Source: Escherichia coli
GTDB taxonomy: Bacteria > Pseudomonadota > Gammaproteobacteria > Enterobacterales > Enterobacteriaceae
Reading direction: 5' to 3' (one strand)
DNA length: 64,000 nt
Assembly (NCBI RefSeq): GCF_050320075.1
Contig: NZ_CP190018.1
Part shown: positions 19,526 to 33,739 of the stretch, in pieces
Layout of the letters: each line of letters opens with the position of its first letter
Position numbering within the stretch: position 1 is the stretch's first letter
The notes under the pieces: generated by a model
Database searches by the model: none
Seen by the model: the letters and a program-made list of their open reading frames with translations, nothing else
What the model was told of the DNA's origin: nothing
Program-made: the position numbers and the translations under genes

Positions 19526-20629
19526 ATGAAAAATGTTGGTTTTATCGGCTGGCGCGGTATGGTCGGCTCCGTTCTCATGCAACGCATGGTTGAAGAGCGC
19601 GACTTCGACGCCATTCGCCCTGTCTTCTTTTCTACTTCTCAGCTTGGTCAGGCTGCGCCGTCTTTTGGCGGAACCACTGGCACACTTCAGGATGCCTTTG
19701 ATCTGGAGGCGCTAAAGGCCCTCGATATCATTGTGACCTGTCAGGGCGGCGATTATACCAACGAAATCTATCCAAAGCTTCGTGAAAGCGGATGGCAAGG
19801 TTACTGGATTGACGCAGCATCGTCTCTGCGCATGAAAGATGACGCCATCATCATTCTTGACCCCGTCAATCAGGACGTCATTACCGACGGATTAAATAAT
19901 GGCATCAGGACTTTTGTTGGCGGTAACTGTACCGTAAGCCTGATGTTGATGTCGTTGGGTGGTTTATTCGCCAATGATCTTGTTGATTGGGTGTCCGTTG
20001 CAACCTACCAGGCCGCTTCCGGCGGTGGTGCGCGACATATGCGTGAGTTATTAACCCAGATGGGCCATCTGTATAGCCATGTGGCAGATGAACTCGCGAC
20101 CCCGTCCTCTGCTATTCTCGATATCGAACGCAAAGTCACAACCTTAACCCGTAGCGGTGAGCTGCCGGTGGATAACTTTGGCGTGCCGCTGGCGGGTAGC
20201 CTGATTCCGTGGATCGACAAACAGCTTGATAACGGTCAGAGCCGCGAAGAGTGGAAAGGGCAGGCGGAAACCAACAAGATCCTCAACACATCTTCCGTAA
20301 TTCCGGTAGATGGTTTATGTGTGCGTGTCGGGGCATTGCGCTGCCACAGCCAGGCATTCACTATTAAATTGAAAAAAGATGTGTCTATTCCGACCGTGGA
20401 AGAACTGCTGGCTGCGCACAATCCGTGGGCGAAAGTCGTTCCGAACGATCGGGAAATCACTATGCGTGAGCTAACCCCAGCTGCCGTTACCGGCACGCTG
20501 ACCACGCCGGTAGGCCGCCTGCGTAAGCTGAATATGGGACCAGAGTTCCTGTCAGCCTTTACCGTGGGCGACCAGCTGCTGTGGGGGGCCGCGGAGCCGC
20601 TGCGTCGGATGCTTCGTCAACTGGCGTAA
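19526..20629 (+). CDS. asd: aspartate-semialdehyde dehydrogenase
   Basis: 367 aa from ATG 19526 ([21 protein letters not shown]...); active-site region [11 protein letters not shown]. Confidence 0.96.
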   Translation: MKNVGFIGWRGMVGSVLMQRMVEERDFDAIRPVFFSTSQLGQAAPSFGGTTGTLQDAFDLEALKALDIIVTCQGGDYTNEIYPKLRESGWQGYWIDAASSLRMKDDAIIILDPVNQDVITDGLNNGIRTFVGGNCTVSLMLMSLGGLFANDLVDWVSVATYQAASGGGARHMRELLTQMGHLYSHVADELATPSSAILDIERKVTTLTRSGELPVDNFGVPLAGSLIPWIDKQLDNGQSREEWKGQAETNKILNTSSVIPVDGLCVRVGALRCHSQAFTIKLKKDVSIPTVEELLAAHNPWAKVVPNDREITMRELTPAAVTGTLTTPVGRLRKLNMGPEFLSAFTVGDQLLWGAAEPLRRMLRQLA

Positions 20630-20901
20630 TCTTTATTCATTAAATCTGGGGCGCGATGCCGCCCCTGCTAGTGCGTAATACAGGAGTAAGCGCAGATGTT
20701 TCATGATTTACCGGGAGTTAAATAGAGCATTGGCTATTCTTTAAGGGTGGCTGAATACATGAGTATTCACAGCCTTACCTGAAGTGAGGACGACGCAGAG
20801 AGGATGCACAGAGTGCTGCGCCGTTCAGGTCAAAAAAATGTCACAACCAGAAGTCAAAAATCCAGTTGGATGGGGTGACACAATAAAACAGGAAGACAAG
20901 C

Positions 20902-23088
20902 ATGTCCGATCGTATCGATAGAGACGTGATTAACGCGCTAATTGCAGGCCATTTTGCGGATCCTTTTTCCGTACTGGGGATGCATAAAACCACCGCGGGA
21001 CTGGAAGTCCGTGCCCTTTTACCCGACGCTACCGATGTGTGGGTGATTGAACCGAAAACCGGGCGCAAACTCGCAAAACTGGAGTGTCTCGACTCCCGTG
21101 GATTCTTTAGCGGTGTCATTCCGCGACGTAAGAATTTTTTCCGCTATCAGTTGGCTGTTGTCTGGCATGGTCAGCAAAACCTGATAGATGATCCTTACCG
21201 TTTTGGTCCGCTAATCCAGGAAATGGATGCCTGGCTATTATCTGAAGGTACTCACCTGCGCCCGTATGAAACCTTAGGCGCGCATGCAGATACTATGGAT
21301 GGCGTCACAGGTACGCGTTTTTCTGTCTGGGCTCCAAACGCCCGTCGGGTCTCGGTGGTTGGGCAATTCAACTACTGGGACGGTCGCCGTCATCCGATGC
21401 GCCTGCGTAAAGAGAGCGGCATCTGGGAACTGTTTATCCCTGGGGCGCATAACGGTCAGCTCTATAAATATGAGATGATTGATGCCAATGGCAACTTGCG
21501 TCTGAAGTCCGACCCTTATGCCTTCGAAGCGCAAATGCGCCCGGAAACCGCGTCTCTTATTTGCGGTCTGCCGGAAAAGGTTGTGCAGACTGAAGAGCGC
21601 AAAAAAGCGAATCAGTTTGATGCGCCAATCTCTATTTATGAAGTTCACCTGGGCTCCTGGCGTCGCCACACCGACAACAATTTCTGGTTGAGCTACCGCG
21701 AGCTGGCCGATCAACTGGTGCCTTATGCTAAATGGATGGGCTTTACCCACCTCGAACTGCTGCCCATTAACGAGCATCCCTTCGATGGCAGTTGGGGTTA
21801 TCAGCCAACCGGCCTGTATGCACCGACCCGCCGTTTTGGTACTCGCGACGACTTCCGTTATTTCATTGATGCCGCACACGCAGCTGGTCTGAACGTGATT
21901 CTCGACTGGGTGCCAGGCCACTTCCCGACCGATGACTTTGCGCTTGCCGAATTTGATGGCACGAACTTGTATGAACACAGCGATCCGCGCGAAGGCTATC
22001 ATCAGGACTGGAATACGCTGATCTACAACTATGGTCGCCGTGAAGTCAGTAACTTCCTTGTCGGTAACGCGCTTTACTGGATTGAACGTTTTGGTATTGA
22101 TGCGCTGCGCGTCGATGCGGTGGCGTCAATGATTTATCGCGACTACAGCCGTAAAGAGGGGGAGTGGATCCCGAACGAATTTGGCGGGCGCGAGAATCTT
22201 GAAGCGATTGAATTCTTGCGTAATACCAACCGTATTCTTGGTGAGCAGGTTTCCGGTGCGGTGACAATGGCGGAGGAGTCTACCGATTTCCCTGGCGTTT
22301 CTCGTCCGCAGGACATGGGCGGTCTGGGCTTCTGGTACAAGTGGAACCTGGGATGGATGCATGACACCCTGGACTACATGAAGCTCGACCCGGTTTATCG
22401 TCAGTATCATCACGATAAACTGACCTTCGGGATGCTCTACAACTACACTGAAAACTTCGTCCTGCCGTTGTCGCATGATGAAGTGGTCCACGGTAAAAAA
22501 TCGATTCTCGACCGGATGCCGGGCGACGCATGGCAGAAATTCGCTAACCTGCGCGCCTACTACGGCTGGATGTGGGCATTCCCGGGCAAGAAACTGCTGT
22601 TCATGGGGAACGAATTTGCCCAGGGCCGCGAGTGGAACCATGACGCCAGCCTCGACTGGCATCTGTTGGAAGGCGGCGATAACTGGCACCACGGTGTCCA
22701 GCGTCTGGTGCGCGATCTGAACCTCACCTACCGCCACCATAAAGCAATGCATGAACTGGATTTTGACCCGTACGGCTTTGAATGGCTGGTGGTGGATGAC
22801 AAAGAACGCTCGGTGCTGATCTTTGTGCGTCGCGATAAAGAGGGTAACGAAATCATCGTTGCCAGTAACTTTACTCCGGTGCCGCGTCATGATTATCGCT
22901 TCGGCATTAACCAGCCGGGCAAATGGCGTGAAATCCTTAATACCGATTCCATGCACTATCACGGCAGTAATGTCGGCAATGGCGGCACGGTACACAGCGA
23001 TGAGATTGCCAGCCACGGTCGTCAGCATTCATTAAGCCTGACACTACCACCGCTGGCCACTATTTGGCTGGTTCGGGAGGCAGAATGA
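20902..23088 (+). CDS. glgB: 1,4-alpha-glucan branching enzyme
   Basis: 728 aa; first gene of the glgBXCAP cluster. Confidence 0.97.
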   Translation: MSDRIDRDVINALIAGHFADPFSVLGMHKTTAGLEVRALLPDATDVWVIEPKTGRKLAKLECLDSRGFFSGVIPRRKNFFRYQLAVVWHGQQNLIDDPYRFGPLIQEMDAWLLSEGTHLRPYETLGAHADTMDGVTGTRFSVWAPNARRVSVVGQFNYWDGRRHPMRLRKESGIWELFIPGAHNGQLYKYEMIDANGNLRLKSDPYAFEAQMRPETASLICGLPEKVVQTEERKKANQFDAPISIYEVHLGSWRRHTDNNFWLSYRELADQLVPYAKWMGFTHLELLPINEHPFDGSWGYQPTGLYAPTRRFGTRDDFRYFIDAAHAAGLNVILDWVPGHFPTDDFALAEFDGTNLYEHSDPREGYHQDWNTLIYNYGRREVSNFLVGNALYWIERFGIDALRVDAVASMIYRDYSRKEGEWIPNEFGGRENLEAIEFLRNTNRILGEQVSGAVTMAEESTDFPGVSRPQDMGGLGFWYKWNLGWMHDTLDYMKLDPVYRQYHHDKLTFGMLYNYTENFVLPLSHDEVVHGKKSILDRMPGDAWQKFANLRAYYGWMWAFPGKKLLFMGNEFAQGREWNHDASLDWHLLEGGDNWHHGVQRLVRDLNLTYRHHKAMHELDFDPYGFEWLVVDDKERSVLIFVRRDKEGNEIIVASNFTPVPRHDYRFGINQPGKWREILNTDSMHYHGSNVGNGGTVHSDEIASHGRQHSLSLTLPPLATIWLVREAE

Positions 23089-25058
23089 CACAACTCGCCA
23101 TTGGCAAACCCGCACCCCTCGGCGCGCATTACGACGGTCAGGGCGTCAACTTCACACTTTTCTCCGCTCATGCCGAGCGGGTAGAACTGTGTATCTTTGA
23201 CGCCAATGGCCAGGAACATCGCTATGACTTGCCAGGGCACAGTGGCGACATTTGGCACGGTTATCTGCCGGATGCGCGTCCGGGTTTGCGTTATGGTTAT
23301 CGCGTTCATGGCCCCTGGCAACCCGCCGAGGGGCATCGCTTTAACCCGGCGAAGTTGTTGATTGATCCTTGCGCGCGGCAAATTGACGGGGAATTTAAAG
23401 ATAACCCGCTGCTGCACGCCGGTCATAATGAACCTGACTATCGCGACAACGCCGCCATTGCGCCGAAATGCGTAGTGGTGGTTGATCACTATGACTGGGA
23501 AGATGATGCCCCGCCGCGCACGCCGTGGGGCAGCACCATCATTTATGAAGCCCATGTCAAAGGATTAACGTACCTGCATCCGGAGATCCCGGTCGAGATC
23601 CGTGGCACTTATAAAGCCCTGGGGCATCCGGTGATGATCAACTATTTGAAACAGTTGGGCATTACCGCGCTGGAACTGCTGCCGGTGGCGCAGTTTGCCA
23701 GCGAACCACGCCTGCAACGTATGGGTCTAAGTAACTACTGGGGTTATAACCCGGTGGCGATGTTTGCGCTGCATCCGGCGTATGCCTGCTCCCCAGAAAC
23801 GGCGCTGGATGAGTTTCGCGATGCAATCAAAGCACTGCATAAAGCGGGTATCGAAGTCATTCTTGATATCGTGCTCAACCATAGTGCGGAACTGGACCTC
23901 GACGGTCCGTTATTCTCTCTGCGTGGGATCGACAACCGTAGCTATTATTGGATAAGAGAAGACGGCGATTATCACAACTGGACCGGTTGTGGCAACACGC
24001 TCAATTTGAGTCATCCGGCGGTAGTGGATTATGCCAGCGCTTGCCTGCGTTATTGGGTAGAAACCTGCCACGTCGATGGTTTCCGCTTTGATCTGGCGGC
24101 AGTCATGGGCCGTACGCCAGAGTTCCGTCAGGATGCGCCGTTGTTTACCGCTATCCAGAACTGCCCGGTGCTCTCGCAGGTGAAGTTAATTGCTGAACCG
24201 TGGGATATTGCTCCTGGTGGTTATCAGGTGGGAAATTTCCCGCCGCTGTTTGCCGAGTGGAACGATCATTTCCGCGATGCTGCCCGTCGTTTCTGGCTTC
24301 ATTATGATTTGCCTCTGGGGGCGTTTGCCGGGCGTTTTGCTGCCTCCAGCGATGTTTTTAAACGTAATGGTCGTCTGCCGAGTGCCGCGATTAATCTCGT
24401 CACCGCGCATGACGGTTTTACGCTTCGCGACTGCGTTTGCTTCAACCATAAACATAATGAAGCAAACGGAGAAGAAAATCGCGACGGGACCAACAACAAT
24501 TATAGTAACAATCATGGTAAAGAAGGGTTAGGCGGTACTCTTGACCTGGTTGAACGGCGTCGCGACAGCATTCACGCCCTGTTAACAACGTTGTTGCTCT
24601 CCCAGGGTACGCCGATGTTACTGGCCGGTGACGAACATGGTCACAGCCAGCATGGCAATAACAATGCCTACTGTCAGGATAACCAATTAACCTGGTTGGA
24701 CTGGTCGCAGGCAAGCAGTGGTTTAACCGCATTTACCGCCGCGTTAATCCATCTGCGCAAGCGCATTCCCGCTTTGGTGGAGAATCGCTGGTGGGAAGAA
24801 GGCGACGGCAATGTCCGTTGGCTAAATCGATATGCTCAACCTTTAAGCACGGATGAGTGGCAAAACGGGCCGAAACAGCTGCAAATTCTGCTCTCGGATC
24901 GCTTTTTGATCGCAATTAACGCCACGCTTGAGGTAACAGAGATTGTTTTACCTGCTGGGGAGTGGCACGCCATTCCCCCATTCGCTGGAGAGGATAACCC
25001 AGTGATTACGGCTGTCTGGCAGGGACCTGCACACGGATTGTGTGTGTTCCAGAGATGA
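23085..25058 (+). CDS. glgX: glycogen debranching enzyme
   Basis: 657 aa from ATG 23085 ([20 protein letters not shown]...); ATGA overlap with the glgB stop. Confidence 0.95.
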
Positions 25059-25075
25059 TAAAAAAGGAGTTAGTC

Positions 25076-26371
25076 ATGGTTAGTTTAGAGAAGAACGATC
25101 ACTTAATGTTGGCGCGCCAGCTGCCATTGAAATCTGTTGCCCTGATACTGGCGGGAGGACGTGGTACCCGCCTGAAGGATTTAACCAATAAGCGAGCAAA
25201 ACCGGCCGTACACTTCGGCGGTAAGTTCCGCATTATCGACTTTGCGCTGTCTAACTGCATCAACTCCGGGATCCGTCGTATGGGCGTGATCACCCAGTAC
25301 CAGTCCCACACTCTGGTGCAGCACATTCAGCGCGGCTGGTCATTCTTCAATGAAGAAATGAACGAGTTTGTCGATCTGCTGCCAGCACAGCAGAGAATGA
25401 AAGGGGAAAACTGGTATCGCGGCACCGCAGATGCAGTTACCCAAAACCTCGACATTATCCGCCGTTATAAAGCGGAATACGTGGTGATCCTGGCGGGCGA
25501 CCATATCTACAAGCAAGACTACTCGCGTATGCTTATCGACCACGTCGAAAAAGGCGCACGTTGCACCGTTGCTTGTATGCCAGTACCGATTGAAGAAGCC
25601 TCCGCATTTGGCGTTATGGCGGTTGATGAGAACGATAAAATTATCGAATTCGTTGAAAAACCAGCTAACCCGCCGTCAATGCCGAACGATCCGAGCAAAT
25701 CTCTGGCGAGTATGGGTATCTACGTCTTTGACGCCGACTATCTGTATGAACTGCTGGAAGAAGACGATCGCGATGAGAACTCCAGCCACGACTTTGGCAA
25801 AGATTTGATTCCCAAGATCACCGAAGCCGGTCTGGCCTATGCACACCCATTCCCGCTCTCTTGCGTACAATCCGACCCGGATGCCGAGCCGTACTGGCGC
25901 GATGTGGGTACGCTGGAAGCTTACTGGAAAGCGAACCTCGATCTGGCCTCTGTGGTGCCGGAACTGGATATGTACGATCGCAATTGGCCAATTCGCACCT
26001 ACAATGAATCATTACCGCCAGCGAAATTCGTGCAGGATCGCTCCGGTAGCCACGGGATGACCCTTAACTCACTGGTATCCGGCGGTTGTGTGATCTCCGG
26101 TTCGGTGGTGGTGCAGTCCGTTCTGTTCTCGCGCGTTCGCGTGAATTCATTCTGCAACATTGATTCCGCCGTATTGTTACCGGAAGTATGGGTAGGTCGC
26201 TCGTGCCGTCTGCGCCGCTGCGTCATCGATCGTGCTTGTGTTATTCCGGAAGGCATGGTGATTGGTGAAAACGCAGAGGAAGATGCACGTCGTTTCTATC
26301 GTTCAGAAGAAGGCATCGTGCTGGTAACGCGCGAAATGCTACGGAAGTTAGGGCATAAACAGGAGCGATAA
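25076..26371 (+). CDS. glgC: glucose-1-phosphate adenylyltransferase
   Basis: 431 aa from ATG 25076 with aaggag SD; motif [13 protein letters not shown]. Confidence 0.96.
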
Positions 26372-27804
26372 TGCAGGTTTTACATGTATGTTCAGAGATG
26401 TTCCCGCTGCTTAAAACCGGCGGTCTGGCTGATGTTATTGGGGCATTACCCGCAGCACAAATCGCAGACGGCGTTGACGCTCGCGTACTGTTGCCTGCAT
26501 TTCCCGATATTCGCCGTGGCGTGACCGATGCGCAGGTAGTATCCCGTCGTGATACCTTCGCCGGACATATCACGCTGTTGTTCGGTCATTACAACGGGGT
26601 TGGCATTTACCTGATTGACGCGCCGCATCTCTATGATCGTCCGGGAAGCCCGTATCACGATACCAACTTATTTGCCTATACCGACAACGTGTTGCGTTTT
26701 GCGCTGCTGGGGTGGGTTGGGGCAGAAATGGCCAGCGGGCTTGACCCATTCTGGCGTCCTGATGTGGTGCATGCGCACGACTGGCATGCAGGCCTTGCGC
26801 CTGCGTATCTGGCGGCGCGCGGGCGTCCGGCGAAGTCGGTGTTTACTGTGCACAACCTGGCCTATCAAGGCATGTTTTATGCACATCACATGAATGACAT
26901 CCAATTGCCATGGTCGTTCTTTAATATTCATGGGCTGGAATTCAACGGACAAATCTCTTTCCTGAAGGCCGGTCTGTACTATGCCGATCACATTACGGCA
27001 GTCAGCCCAACCTACGCTCGCGAGATCACCGAACCGCAGTTTGCCTACGGTATGGAAGGTCTGTTGCAACAGCGTCACCGTGAAGGGCGTCTTTCCGGCG
27101 TACTGAACGGCGTGGACGAGAAAATCTGGAGTCCAGAGACGGACTTACTGTTGGCCTCGCGTTACACCCGCGATACGTTGGAAGATAAAGCGGAAAATAA
27201 GCGCCAGTTACAAATCGCAATGGGGCTTAAGGTTGACGATAAAGTGCCGCTTTTTGCAGTGGTGAGCCGTCTGACCAGCCAGAAAGGTCTCGACCTGGTG
27301 CTGGAGGCCTTACCGGGTCTTCTGGAGCAGGGCGGGCAACTGGCGCTACTCGGCGCGGGCGATCCGGTGCTGCAGGAAGGTTTCCTTGCGGCGGCAGCGG
27401 AATACCCCGGCCAGGTGGGCGTTCAGATTGGCTATCACGAAGCATTTTCGCATCGCATTATGGGCGGCGCGGACGTCATTCTGGTGCCCAGTCGTTTTGA
27501 ACCGTGCGGCTTAACGCAACTTTATGGATTGAAGTACGGTACGCTGCCGTTAGTGCGGCGCACCGGTGGGCTTGCTGATACGGTTTCTGATTGTTCTCTT
27601 GAGAACCTTGCAGATGGCGTCGCCAGTGGGTTTGTCTTTGAAGATAGTAATGCCTGGTCGCTGTTACGGGCTATTCGACGTGCTTTTGTACTGTGGTCTC
27701 GTCCTTCACTGTGGCGGTTTGTGCAACGTCAGGCTATGGCAATGGATTTTAGCTGGCAGGTCGCGGCGAAGTCGTACCGTGAGCTTTACTATCGCTTGAA
27801 ATAG
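26371..27804 (+). CDS. glgA: glycogen synthase
   Basis: 477 aa; [22 protein letters not shown]; TAATG overlap with glgC. Confidence 0.97.
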
Positions 27805-30270
<2,466 letters not shown>

Positions 30271-30286
30271 GTTCGCTAAAAAACAG

Positions 30287-30314
30287 AACGGGGCCAAAAG
30301 GTCCCGTTTTTTTT
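30287..30314 (+). terminator. rho-independent terminator of glgP
   Basis: aacggggcc-aaaa-ggtcccgtt hairpin followed by an 8-T run. Confidence 0.65.
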
Positions 30315-30386
30315 CGCCTTTATTTAGGAAAAGTGTCCAGAGGGGGCGAGGGTTATCGGGGAGTATAATTTCGCCATTCAGCAAGA

Positions 30387-31904
30387 ATGGAAAGAATAAT
30401 GCAAAACGGAAAATGGATTTTGACCTCGCTGGTAATGACTTTTTTTGGCATCCCCATACTGGCGCAATTTTTGGCAGCGGTTGTTGCCATGCTGGGGGCC
30501 GGGCTTGCCGCTATTCTTGAGTTTTGCAATTTACTCTTTACACCAACAATTTATCTTCTACTCAACGTCTTTATGCTGACGCTGGGCGCATTACTGCTAT
30601 TTTTCTCTGGGCGAGTGTGGGCGGGCGATAGCGCACCAGAAAACAGAGAAATAGCCGCCTGGCGACAATGTCTTTTTTTAGTTCCCGCTTTATTAACCCT
30701 GGTTGGCTGGATAATCACGCTACATCTGGCAGATTATCAATTTCGCCAGATGGGAGCCGGTTGGTTGGCAAACCTTATGCTTCCCTGGTTGGGCGTTTTT
30801 ACAGTCTCATTCGTCGGTGGTGAGTACTGGTGGATAGTCATTATTCCCGTTGGCGCGCATATCAGTTTTTCACTGGGATACGGCTGGCCGACCAGACACC
30901 CTTTAACCGGCACCTCCGGTCTACGTTGCCGTAATTTACTTCTGTTCATTCTTCTCTTACTGGGTATTGTCGCTGGTTATCAGGCTTATTTATATAAACA
31001 GCTTAATCCCGGCGTCGGTGTGCGTGAAAATATTGATACCTGGGCCTGGCGACCCGATAAACTTAATAATCAACTGACGCCACTGCGTGGTAAACCACAA
31101 ATTCAATTTACGCAAAACTGGCCGCGACTCGATGGCGCTACGGCGGCGTACCCCATTTATGCCTCTGCATTTTATGCATTAAGTGTAATACCAGAGGATT
31201 TTCACGTTTGGGATTATCTGGATAACTCTCGTACGCAAGAAGCATATAACAAAATCGTTAACGGTGATGCCGATATTATTTTCGTGGCGCAACCTTCCGA
31301 TGGGCAAAAAAAACGCGCTGAGAAATCGGGCGTCACTTTGCTGTACACGCCATTTGCCCGTGAAGCGTTTGTTTTCATCGTCAATGCGGATAATCCGGTT
31401 AATTCCCTGACTGAACAACAAGTGCGTGACATTTTTAGTGGCGCAATTACCAACTGGCGCACGGTTGGCGGTAACGATCAGGAGATCCAGACCTGGCAAC
31501 GCCCGGAAGACTCTGGCAGCCAGACAGTGATGCAATCGCAGGTCATGAAAAATGTCCGCATGATCTCGCCGCAGGAAACCGAAGTGGCAAGCATGATGGA
31601 GGGAATGATTAAAGTCGTTGCCGAATACCGTAATACAAACAACGCAATAGGCTACACCTTCCGCTATTACGCAACACAAATGAATGCCGATAAAAATATA
31701 AAACTGCTAGCGATTAACGGTATTGCACCGACTGCAGAAAATATTCGCAATGGCAAATATCCCTATGTCGTCGATGCATTTATGGTAACGCGGGACAATA
31801 TGACGTCAGAAACACAAAAACTGGTTGAATGGTTTTTAACGCCGCAGGGGCAGAGTCTGGTGGAAGATGTGGGCTATGTGCCGCTGTATCCAACAATGAA
31901 ATAA
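30387..31904 (+). CDS. membrane protein with N-terminal multi-TM domain fused to a periplasmic PstS-like (PBP-like_2) binding domain
   Basis: 505 aa; first ~190 aa hydrophobic; C-terminal domain has the PstS-type motif NPVNSLTEQQVRDIFSGAITNWRTVGG and QRPEDSGSQTVM; tataat -10 at 30364-30369; alternative start ATG 30399. Confidence 0.8.
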   Translation: MERIMQNGKWILTSLVMTFFGIPILAQFLAAVVAMLGAGLAAILEFCNLLFTPTIYLLLNVFMLTLGALLLFFSGRVWAGDSAPENREIAAWRQCLFLVPALLTLVGWIITLHLADYQFRQMGAGWLANLMLPWLGVFTVSFVGGEYWWIVIIPVGAHISFSLGYGWPTRHPLTGTSGLRCRNLLLFILLLLGIVAGYQAYLYKQLNPGVGVRENIDTWAWRPDKLNNQLTPLRGKPQIQFTQNWPRLDGATAAYPIYASAFYALSVIPEDFHVWDYLDNSRTQEAYNKIVNGDADIIFVAQPSDGQKKRAEKSGVTLLYTPFAREAFVFIVNADNPVNSLTEQQVRDIFSGAITNWRTVGGNDQEIQTWQRPEDSGSQTVMQSQVMKNVRMISPQETEVASMMEGMIKVVAEYRNTNNAIGYTFRYYATQMNADKNIKLLAINGIAPTAENIRNGKYPYVVDAFMVTRDNMTSETQKLVEWFLTPQGQSLVEDVGYVPLYPTMK

Positions 31905-31929
31905 CGCTCGAGAGAAAGGAATCAGCGCA

Positions 31930-32922
31930 ATGAATAAATTCACCTGTGTTTTACTATTAGGTACGGCGCTACTGGCGGGATGTGTCGACCGGGAAGGGTA
32001 CTATAACAGCGTCAGGGAAGAAGACAGCCATGGACTGACGTCTCTGCGGGGGCAACCTGAATTACGTTACAACGATGATTGGTCAAGATGGCCGAGAGTG
32101 TACGGCGCTACAGCCTTATACCCGCTGTATGCCTCCGCGTATTATGAATTAGTACCCGAGCCAAAAGATAAGGATCGAACCTCGCTGGCCTGGCAGGCGT
32201 ATGGTTTGCAACAAACCCGAACAGCTGAAGCCTACGATAGTCTGATTAAGGGTACCGCGACGGTTATTTTTGTTGCACAACCGTCGGAAGGACAGAAAAA
32301 ACGTGCAGAAGAAGCAGGTGTTAAACTCAAATATACCGCTTTCGCCCGCGAAGCCTTTGTCTTTATCGTTGATATCAAAAACCCGGTTAATTCACTTAGC
32401 GAACAGCAGGTCAAAGACATTTTTAGCGGTAAAGTGAGTCGCTGGAATAAAGTGGGCGGCGGTGACGAAGGTATAAAAATCTGGCAGCGGCCAGAAGATT
32501 CTGGAAGCCAAACGGTTATGAAGGGACTGGTTATGCAAGATACTCCAATGCTGCCAGCCAAAAAATCCACTGTTATCGATCTTATGGGCGGTTTAATTAC
32601 CGAAGTCGCCGACTACCAAAATACACCATCTTCTATTGGATACACCTTCCACTATTACGTCACACGTATGAATGACAATATGCTCAAAATGCGCAAACAG
32701 ATCAAACTGCTGGCTATAAATGGCGTTGCACCTACAGAGGAAAATATCCGTAACGGCACTTATCCGTACATAATTCATGCTTATATGGTGACGCACGAAA
32801 ACCCTACGCTGGAAACGCAGAAATTCGTCGACTGGTTTTTAAGCCCGCAGGGACAGCAATTGGTAGAGGATGTGGGCTATGTGCCGATTTATGACGCATC
32901 ATCCGAATCATCAGGACAATAA
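31930..32922 (+). CDS. lipoprotein with PstS-like (PBP-like_2) binding domain, paralog of the C-terminal domain of the upstream gene
   Basis: 330 aa; lipobox LLAGC; shares IFVAQPSxGQKKRAE..GV.L.YT.FAREAFVFIV..NPVNSL.EQQV.DIFSG...W..VGG...I..WQRPEDSGSQTVM with the upstream ORF; SD aaagga. Confidence 0.8.
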   Translation: MNKFTCVLLLGTALLAGCVDREGYYNSVREEDSHGLTSLRGQPELRYNDDWSRWPRVYGATALYPLYASAYYELVPEPKDKDRTSLAWQAYGLQQTRTAEAYDSLIKGTATVIFVAQPSEGQKKRAEEAGVKLKYTAFAREAFVFIVDIKNPVNSLSEQQVKDIFSGKVSRWNKVGGGDEGIKIWQRPEDSGSQTVMKGLVMQDTPMLPAKKSTVIDLMGGLITEVADYQNTPSSIGYTFHYYVTRMNDNMLKMRKQIKLLAINGVAPTEENIRNGTYPYIIHAYMVTHENPTLETQKFVDWFLSPQGQQLVEDVGYVPIYDASSESSGQ

Positions 32923-32924
32923 AG

Positions 32925-33525
32925 ATGAATAAAATCAGACTTTATATTCCTCCGTTAATTCTTGGTTTTGTTATTGTGCCGTTGTTGGTGTGGCCGACGG
33001 TGGTTGCGCTGGCTGCTTGTGTTATCACGCTGAGTTTTATGGGAGAAATACTGTTCTCTATCCCGCTCATGTTCAGGCGTATTTCACTTCTGGAATTCCA
33101 ACTTGGGTTATTGGCTGAATATGCACTTTTTTTTTCTGTGCCATGTGTTGCGTTGGTTGGCAATTTTCTTGCAGAGCTCAATCTGAACTGAAAAGCAGAC
33201 TCCATTGTTGGTTGGTATTTGCACCAGTTTATTTCTGGTTGCTCCTGTGGAATATCATTTTCTATGTCGCGCCAGCGCAAATTGCTTTGCTGGAAAATAT
33301 GCGCAATTTCTTTCTGACCATTGTCTGGTTACCCCTGAATTTTTTCAATTTGGGTCTCAGCCGTGGACTGACTTTATCGGTCCGATAAGCGCCCAGCTTG
33401 GTTTTGCATTGGGATATTATTGCCAGTGGCGTAGCAAAAATAGAAGTCAGAGGAAGAAGTGGGGCGAGTGGGTAATGTGTCTGAGTTTTGTTACGTTGGG
33501 TATGATTGCGTGGGCTTTGCGGTAA
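32925..33525 (+). pseudogene. frameshifted membrane-domain gene, paralog of the N-terminal TM domain of the 30387 ORF
   Basis: Three successive overlapping ORFs in frames 0, 2 and 1 (32925-33191, 33143-33388, 33205-33525) each align to consecutive parts of the TM domain of the 505-aa protein (e.g. NMRNFFLTIVWLPLNFFNLG vs QMGAGWLANLMLPWLGVFTVS; PISAQLGFALGY vs PVGAHISFSLGY). Confidence 0.55.
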
Positions 33526-33576
33526 TTCCTTGAATCAAAAAGTAGGTCAGATTGTTGACGAAGTGCGCTTTGTTTA

Positions 33577-33675
33577 TGCCGGATGCTGCGTGAACGCCTT
33601 ATTTTGTCTACAAAATCATGCAAATTCAATATATTGCATAAACCACGTAGGCCTGATAAGCGTAGCGCATCAGGC
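33577..33675. repeat. REP (palindromic unit) elements
   Basis: gccggatgctgcgtgaacgccttat (partial REP) and gtaggcctgataagcgtagcgcatcaggc (canonical REP) followed by a T-run. Confidence 0.65.
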
Positions 33676-33699
33676 AGTTTTTTTGTTTATCATCAGTCT

Positions 33700-33723
33700 C
33701 AGGTCAGATTGAAATCTGACCTG
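33700..33723 (-). terminator. hairpin immediately downstream of glpD
   Basis: caggtcagat-tgaa-atctgacctg, a perfect 10-bp stem 17 nt after the glpD stop. Confidence 0.45.
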
Positions 33724-33739
33724 ACCACCTTATGTTAAA

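Noticed and set aside
21274-23028. 242-aa and 300-aa minus-strand ORFs
   Set aside because: Both lie antisense within glgB; long antisense ORFs arise readily by chance and there is no independent support.
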